DNA of 64,000 nt from an uncultured virus (IMG/VR IMGVR_UViG_3300044627_004988). Its lineage: Duplodnaviria; Heunggongvirae; Uroviricota; Caudoviricetes. Made by a program: the position numbers and the translations under genes. This document shows, piece after piece, positions 37,631 to 46,600 of this stretch (positions within the stretch are counted from its first letter, which is position 1; the number at the start of each line of letters is the position of its first letter). Below the pieces are notes generated by a model, which saw nothing but the letters and a program-made list of their open reading frames with translations, ran no database searches and had not been told where the DNA came from. The DNA lies in the IMG/VR virus record IMGVR_UViG_3300044627_004988; one strand, written 5' to 3'.

Positions 37631-40600
37631 TTAAGGTAGCATCCTTCCTGGTGTAACGTTGCTGGTATCAAGAGTAAAATTGCTGGTATTGTATAATAGG
37701 TTCTTAGTATAAACACCTGCCAAGTTGCTAACTACTAATTCCCAGTTTAGAGTCGCTGGCGTTCCATCATCATAGTATTCGTCCCAAAGGATTAATGGCC
37801 ATTCTGAAGATTTTACATATAACAATTCTAGAATCTTGATATCTACGAATGCGTTGAATAGTGCTATGTTTGATTCCGACAAGCCGTCTAACAAGTCTTC
37901 TTCGCCGTTTGAATAGTAGTAATAATTATTATTACCTGGCGATCTTTCAACCGACTTAAGAAGATTCAACAACGTAGCAAATTTTTGATAGATTACTTGA
38001 GTGCCAGAATTTGCTAAAGTATCACTATAAATTGAACCTTTAATTTTTTCTTCTATTAAGTTAGGATCTTTATTAAGATTGATAAATGTATTTCTTACAA
38101 ATTGGACTATTGAATCAAGATCCTTAGATGGTATTCTATAGAATATAGATCCCATAACTCTGTCAAAAGAATCTTGTATCTGTGTTCCGAATCCATTATC
38201 GTATACGTTTGTGTCCTTTAGGTAATAGTCTGGGTTGTTTCTTTCTGCGCCAGCTGTAAAATCGTCCTGAGTAAGCGGCTTAACATCAAGTCTTGCATCT
38301 ACTGCAGGAGCAACTCTTAATACAAAAAGCCTACCAATTAATGATTCATAAACATAAGATAAAGCTCTTCCACCAGGTGAAGTAGGGTCTATCCAAGATA
38401 AGGTTGCTGGGTCAGTATTTATAGGAATGTCTCCATAGTTAGGACCTCTTCCAACTAAGGGTCCAGTTCCACTTATCTTGTTTATTTCTGCGGCGTTTAT
38501 TCCTTCAAATCTTACTTTGAACGGAGCAGAACCTGGTCTTAGCACGTCTTCCACCATTAATGTGTCACCGTCAATAAACTGTGTTACCTTGCAAACTACT
38601 TTGAAGAATTGGTTCATGCCTGCTTTTTCTGGCCCAATCCCAGAATACTTTATCACCTGTGCGTTTACTAGGGCGTTCTCGTAGCTGATATGTCTTACGA
38701 GATCTGAAATTTCTTTTTCTTTCCAACCAAGATTTTTCAAAAGATCATCAGTTCTTATGTGGCTATAGCCTTCTGGTGTTCTTATTAGTTTTCTAGAATT
38801 TACTCCCAATAATCCTGGTAGTAGTGCTTTTGAATGGTACTTACCAACAACCATTCCTTGGTTATAAGAAAGGCCAGCATCCATTGGCTGCCCATTCTTT
38901 GTTAGGTACTGAACATAGCAGCCGTGTTGATCTAGTAAGTTATTTTTAATGTGGCTCCAGCCCGACCATGCTATATCGCCGAACACTGCAGCTCCGGTTA
39001 CACCAGCACCAACAACAGCTAGTAGAGGTAGTGCTGCTCCACCAGTAAGCACTGTTGCAGCAACTGCAACACCTGCTCCAAGAACTGTAGCTAATCCTGT
39101 TGTAACCATTGCGCTCACCATTGCACCTTGAGCTGTTGGGTCTTTGCCTTGTGAAGCTTGTGCAGAAGCTAACATTTGTTGTTTTGCATCAGGCATTGCG
39201 TTTGCCGTAAAGTTTGCCATAACATCTTTAACTAAAGCAGAAGAGCCATGGGTGTATTGTACTCCGCCCATCATCTGAGCACTAAGCGCTTCGTTCAGTT
39301 GGTCAACAGAAACTTGTCCACCGCTTACTAAGCCAGTTCTACCATTGTTTGCAGCTCCCAGATAATATCTAGTGTCATTTCTTATTGTTTGTAAGCTCAT
39401 CCAAGAGTTAAGCCAAGAAGTCATAAACCATCTAGCTGGGTCATTTATTGTGACTAAAGCATTGGGTGTTATAGAAGTTATGAATCCCATTTCTGGAGTA
39501 AAGTGATGCACAACTTGCTCTACTTCAAATATACCGTACATTCTTTCGTAAACGTCAGCTAAATAAACCAGGTCATGAGGTCTTATGTCTGCGTTGCCCA
39601 CTATAACAAGTTCGCCAGTATAAATATCTTTTATGTTTTCTTTCAAATGGGACAAAGCTACACGTCTTGCCGTTAATTCATCTGCTGAACCACTGGCCGC
39701 TTTTGATATACCTCTAAATGTTTCGAATGGATGGAACATAGGATGCAAAACTCCAAAGAAACCAGAGCCTCTTATGTTGTCAAAATACAAACCAGTTTCT
39801 ACAGTTTTTTCTACTTGTCTTTCAGAAGGCGCACCCTTGTCCAAAGCTACGGTTACTGGGTATTTGCCATCAGACACAGCAGTTATAACAGTTGCAACGT
39901 CATTTATATTTTCTTGTATCTTGTTTGAGATTATATGACCAAAAGAACTTAAGTAATGTATTCTCTGGAAAGGTTCTCTTACCTCTACTACTGGCTCGCC
40001 ATACTCTCTAGTGAAAGGATTATCTACAGCTCTTAGTAAAGATCCTGCATTCCCCAAGGAATAGTAAATGCTGTCGTTTAATAGCTTATTCAAAACATTT
40101 GCTTGCTTATTAAGATTGTCTGCTTCAGCTAAACCATAGCCCATTTGTGCCATTGATAGCTTAAACATATTTAAAAGACCAGAAAGACCATCTGAAATAG
40201 CAGTAAAGTAAACACCAACGTTTTTATCCCAAAAATCTTTTCCATCTTGGAAAGCTGCTGTTAACCAACTTGTAGCACTGTCTCCTTCTTTGGCGTGCGC
40301 GACTAAAAATTCTTTAAATTTATCTGGGCTTTTTGCATAAGATGAGTTTGGGTCTATAAAGGCTTGCCAAGACTGGTATATTGGTGAAAAATCCCATTTT
40401 CCATCTGACCTTTTAAGGCCACCATTACCAATGTCACCCACCAAAAGAGGGTTAGATGACCAGTGCTTTAGCCTTCTGTTTGGCTTTAGAACAACCCAAG
40501 CTCTACTGTATGGGTCTGACCACATAACTTGTCTATACCAACCAACTATAAACAAATATAATTTTCTAGGAGTATCTATTAGTCTCATGATTCTTATTGA

Positions 40601-43600
40601 TTCGTCATTAACACCGTCCTTATTCTCGTCTCCTTGAACAATGCCTAGTTGTTTTCTTAAGGCTAATATATTTCTTCTTGCTGAATCGCTATCGGATTGA
40701 TTCAAAACAGATGGATCAAAACCAAATGGATCAGGAGTTTTTCCGTCACTCATGGAACCCAAAATAAAACCGAGCAACCCTGCTAAGTAACCATACTTGA
40801 TTCTGATACCAGTATCTATATCTTGGAATAAGCTAGTCGATTGTACTTTTATACTGTTATTGGCAATTGCAACTTTTACGCCGTTATCTAAAAATGTGTC
40901 CGCGCTAAAATTGATTGCTTCTTTAACTGCAGTTGCATCGATTGGATTTCCATCAGCGTCCTTGCCACCATAAACGAATTGCTCCCCTAGTGTTCGACTA
41001 AATTCATACCTAGCGTCGCTTGCCGTATCCGTTCGCTTTTCTGGCGTTCCATCTGGACCAGCCCAAATAATCCCATTTTCATCTTTGCCGATAGGACCAG
41101 CTTTTCCATCAAAATTTAATTCAGAATCTCTTGACTGCAAATCTTTTCCAGCACGTCGCTCACTAGTACTTATCGATGATGTATACCTATTCATGATTGG
41201 GTCATTAGCAGACCCCTTGCCTGTTAGCAAGTTAATTATAAATTCAGGAAGCTTTTCTTCACTGTCTGGATCAACTCCAAAAGTTTGCTTAAAAATAGCT
41301 TTTACCATTTTATCGTCATGGAATGTTACTCTAAAGAAATCCCATATTTCTCTAGCTTGAGATAATGTTCTTCCATTACCAGCTATAACTCTTGTAGAAA
41401 GATTGTAATCCTCATCATAGTTAGCTCTAGAAGATTGGGATAGTTGAGGGTCACCAGTCTCATCAAAAACGTCAACAAAATTTTCTCTCTTTATTGGGCT
41501 GTTGTCATCGTCTTTAAAAGTGCTTGTTTCTTTTTGAAGAACTTCGTAAAGATTGTCTTGAGAAATTTTTTCGTATTCACCGTTAACAGCTGCCTTGAAG
41601 TACATCAGTGGGTTGCCACCGAATATCGCTTCTATAAATGAATCTTCTGCTGACTTAAAGTACAATTCACCGGATTCTGGACTAAATAAATTTTTTGCTA
41701 TAGCTTTATTATCACCTAAAACATCTTTTAGACTATCCGTGTCTTTTAGTATATCTGCTAAATAACCAAATGATCTATAAGACCTATGCTTGTCACCGTC
41801 TGATTCAAAATCGCCGCCTCCATTGGCTGATATTTCACCCATGCTAGTGAAGCTACTGCCATCATCTGCATCGTTGTAAACTGCTTTATTTATTCCATCT
41901 TTTGTACTAGAAAATCCAATAATGAAGTTGTCATCTGGTTGCCATTTATTGCCAGCTTGACTAGAACCAATTTCAAATCTTTTTGAAACTATAGCAGCAT
42001 TTGGTATAACTCCTAATGGAAAATCATCTTCTACAAAAGTGAAGTAACATGATCTAGAGAATGGGATAACAGACAGACCGATAAAAGTTGTAGCATTGTC
42101 TTCTAGCCAAAATTTTTGATCTTGGTTGCCAAAAGCTAATTGTCCTAAAGCTTCTAATGTATTTTCTATATCCTGAGGATTATCTGGGTCTCCAAATTTT
42201 TGTTGTGAATCGTTATCAGTAAAATACTCAAACCCATATGAATATCTACTAGGGTTGCCTTCCCATTTATTGCCACTATTTAAGATACCTAAATGGTAAG
42301 CCGCATCTGGTGATACTACCGCATCGACGAATACGTTTTCTGCATCGGTTATAGAGTTTGGATCGGCTGTACCGTCGCCAGTATTATCCATAGCGTTATC
42401 GTAGTATGTATTATCTCTAACTTCACCCCAAAGATAATAAGCTGGTCTTAGGCATACTGCGGTATTTGTTGTTGGGCTATAAACTAAAACTTTTCTATCC
42501 TTGTAATTCTTGACAGTACCATATTGGGCTAAATTAGCCTCGCCCATTGGAGTTACCCCATAGTTATAGTTGGAGTATTGTTTCTCAAAGCCTGTATTAA
42601 TTTCACTATCCGTAGACCAATCTGGTTTATACGGCCATTTCATTGCTATATACCACTGCTCGTCTTCTGCTGTATCTGGCATGCCCCATTCGGCGTATAT
42701 GCCCCTATTACCGTTAAGTCCTTTTAGCTTTGATGATAAAGCTGCATTGTATTCAAAGCTACCAAACATGTACTTTGCAGTGCGGTCTCCATCGTATTCT
42801 GCATCTATTCCATCTATAAAAAGGTTTGAACTAGAATACGGATCTTTTTCGTAACCAGTTTGTGTTACTCTTGAGTTTGCATCAACTACTATCGATGGAA
42901 GTGGGACTCTTACTATGTTAAAGCCTGCGGTACTTGAATCTGAAGAATCCATAAAAGCAGTCGTTTGTAACGACAATACAGTTTCCGGAGACTTGGTGAG
43001 CATCTCTTGAGTAAACTGGAATGCACCTGTTTTTATTCTATATGATATCTCATCAAGACCGTTAGATTTTTCGTTACTCGGGTCTACTAATCCATCTGAA
43101 GTAAATTCAGCTGAAACTCTAAACTCAGCAGCTAGTATATTAAAATAATTTGCTCCTGCTGCGTAATTTAATGGATGATCCTTAACGCCGGCGTCATCTT
43201 TTAGGTCAAGAGGATTACCGTCACCATCCGTATCACCTCTAATGAATTTGAATTTTTTTTCAGTATATCCAATTAACGTTTTAACATTGAAATTAAATAT
43301 ATAACCATTATGCTTACCATCAAAAGAAGTAGTTTTTCTGTCAGTGAAATAAGGAAACTGATACCTGTATGGAAGTTGTGGTATTTGTTTGTGGGTATTC
43401 TTTATCTTATTTATATCCATTTCTGTTTCGCCTTTTTCCCCAAAAGGCAAATGGAAGCCGACGTTTACAATTCCCTTTGCAACTGGGAGTCTTGCAACAA
43501 CTTCTCCCTCTTCAACAAAAAACATTCTTCTAGGATCCAAAAAGTTAATCAATTTTTTAGTATAACCATTAACTGGATCTTTTACCCAAGCAACTGGCTT

Positions 43601-46600
43601 GTATGAATCTGTGCCTTCGTTAATGCTTTTTATGGTTGCGATAGAAGTACTTAATGGTTCGAAGCCTTGCGCGAAAGCCTGTCCATCTTGCATTGGGCTT
43701 GACTCTTTGTTGACCTTGTCTAATATCTCTAACAGATCCTGGCCAGCTCTACTGTAAGTAGGGCCAGTGTCTTTGATCCCTTTTTTGATTGCTGAATCAG
43801 GGTGCATAAAGCCAGTTGAGATAGGTACTACCCCTGAGGTGTATAGCCAATGCGGTTTGCCATAGAATACAGTTGATCTATCTTCAAAAGGTCTTACCGC
43901 AACAATATAGTTTGGAAGAAGCTTTGCACACAATTGGAACATATCCCATACAGATCTCATGTATGTTTGGGCTCTGAAGGAAACTTCATCAAAACCAGGA
44001 ACATCGTCATCTAACGATGAAACAAGTCCAAGCGTTTCAAAAACGCTAGCAGCTGCTCTTCCGTTAGTTACGCCCAGTAGACCCGTACCAAGAACTGCAG
44101 AACCTAAAACCGGCATTCCAGCAGCTACAGCTACGGCACCGGTTGCGGCCATCAATCCAGAAAGTATCTTTGCTGTGCCAACAGCCCCACTAGAGTCGTT
44201 CAACTTAGCTCCGTTTGCTAACTGCTGAGCTTCTGCTACCTTTATATTTTTAGTCATAGCTGTGCTCCAGTTTGCATCACCTAATCTAGTCAAGTATGCT
44301 TTTCTGTCTGCCTGCATGCTACTGAACTCATCTGAGCCCATAGTTGAGGCAGTAGACCATCCGGCGTCTAAGTCTCCACCAAGGAATTGCGCTACACCCA
44401 GACCATTGCCTGGGTATATGTTTCTTTTAAATATTTCGTAATCTCTTTGTGTTGAAAGATTAGACATAAGAGTTCTCATGTGACCTAGGACAGGAGACCT
44501 CATAAAGCCACCTGCTGCCCCTGCGGTTATAGCTCCAAGTGGCCCACCAACTATTCCTCCTATAGCAGCAGATGCTGCTGTTATGCCAACGTCAACTCCA
44601 TTATATGTTCCTGCAGTTGAATTCCATGCACCTTTAAGAAGAGAAGCTACAGAAGCTCCGTCATTGCTTACTGTATCTATTGCGTTCTTAAATGCTGTTT
44701 TTAGTGCATCGTTTTTTTGTTTCTCAACGTCATTTAATGGTTCATATAATATGTTACCAAAATGTCTTATTCCAAATTTATTTTCGGAAAAAATTGTTCC
44801 TCTAGTTGCATGGGCAAATGATTCCCTAAATCTAGATGTTCCCATTGACAAAAGTTTTACCATTAAGTCTCTAGGTTCTGATAAGAACATCCCAGTGTTT
44901 ATACCGCCGTCTATTTTTCCACTGTCGCCTTTTTTATTAGCTGAGTTAATAATAGGGCTTAGTTCTATGGCGTCTGATTGTGCGGTGACTGTTACTATTT
45001 CGCCCATCTCTACGTTTGTTATGATTCCATTAAATACTGTTTGTAGCGAGTTTGGATTAGATCCATAGCCCACTCTTAGGTGAACTCTTACACCAGGCTT
45101 TAATCTTATGTTTTCTATGTCAACAACGTATTTGTTTTCATAATGAGCTCTTATGTTTCTCGACCTATTAAGAAGAGTGTCAACAATTGCAGAAAGATCT
45201 TCTGTCATTGAAGTTGTATCTTTTGGCTCGCCTGGATCAAATATTCTAGCAGATTCTTTTTGCGACAATTTAGAATACATATTTGATACTCTAAATATTA
45301 AAGTGTCCCCTAATATATCTTCAGAGCTAACTACTGAAAAATCTATTATAGATTGTAGGCCGTAAAAATTATCAAAGATCTTTGTTCCGGCAAACCCGAT
45401 GCCACCTTCATCTATTAACCACAACATATAAGTTGGATAAGCTCTTACCATTCTTCCGGATATGTCTCTATATGATGTATCTATCAACATTTTTTCCCAA
45501 TGCTTAGAAACGGCGTGCTGGCCACCCTTTGCGGCTGACACTGACTCAGCTTCTGCACCGCCTGCTGAGTAGGCATTCTGATACTCAGAAAATGCTTTAG
45601 TGCTTATCTCTGGCATGTGTGAAGTAGTCAATGTTTTATCGGGAGTTTGTGAGTCGGAAACTTTTATAAAAGAAATCTTTTCTGTTGTTTCATCATCTTC
45701 GTTCCATTGCGAAATTGACTTGGTAAGTTTGTCTATTTTTGCTTTTAAAAGCGGGTCTTTATTTCCGCTATCAATATCTTTTTGAACGTCTTCTTTTTGT
45801 TTTTTTAGATCATCAAGAACAGAAGATTTAATTCTTGATACATTGAACTTATTGTTCTGCATGTAGAATCTTCCATCTTGTCTAGAAAGATAACCAAAGT
45901 TATAGCCCTGCGCGGTTTGTATCATCGCTGGGAGTTGCACTGAACTACCAGTAGTTGCAGCTGGTATAGCATAAACTAGACCGTGGACGTAATCAAGCAT
46001 TGAGTCAGTGCCCTCTACTCCTGCCATTAAATCATCTGGGTCTACGCTGACTTGTTTATCGTCCTCATTGCCTTGATCAAACACAGCCTTAAGGGTCTCT
46101 TTAAGCTTTTCCTCAGTGCTAGAGGTTAACTCCCCAACTTTATATTCTCCCATAGGAACTGAGAACTGGGTATCGGTAAACAAGTATAACTTATCTTCTA
46201 ATTCCAATGTTTCGACATAATCTAATGCAAGAGTTCTTTTCAAGGAAGAATACTTCTGCACTGCTTTATTAACTATTCTGTACCCATCTGAAGGCTTTAG
46301 GGCGTTAGCGTCAACCCAAACCTTCAGTGCCTTAAAATCATTTTTTCTAAGAAATCCTATTATATCTGCTATATATCTTTCATCGTTCTGATCCATTGTC
46401 TTTTGTTCGGATTCAGTAAGTTCTTTTTGGCTGTAATTAACTCTTACTTGGTTAGTCTCCTGTATGCTTTGGTTAACTATAACATCTCTATCAAACATTT
46501 CAAAACTTCTGAAATAATAATCTGGGTCCATACAACCAACAACGTCACCCTCTTTACTGTAAACCTCAAGAGGCAAGTCTGGGTAGGCGTTGAACGATCC

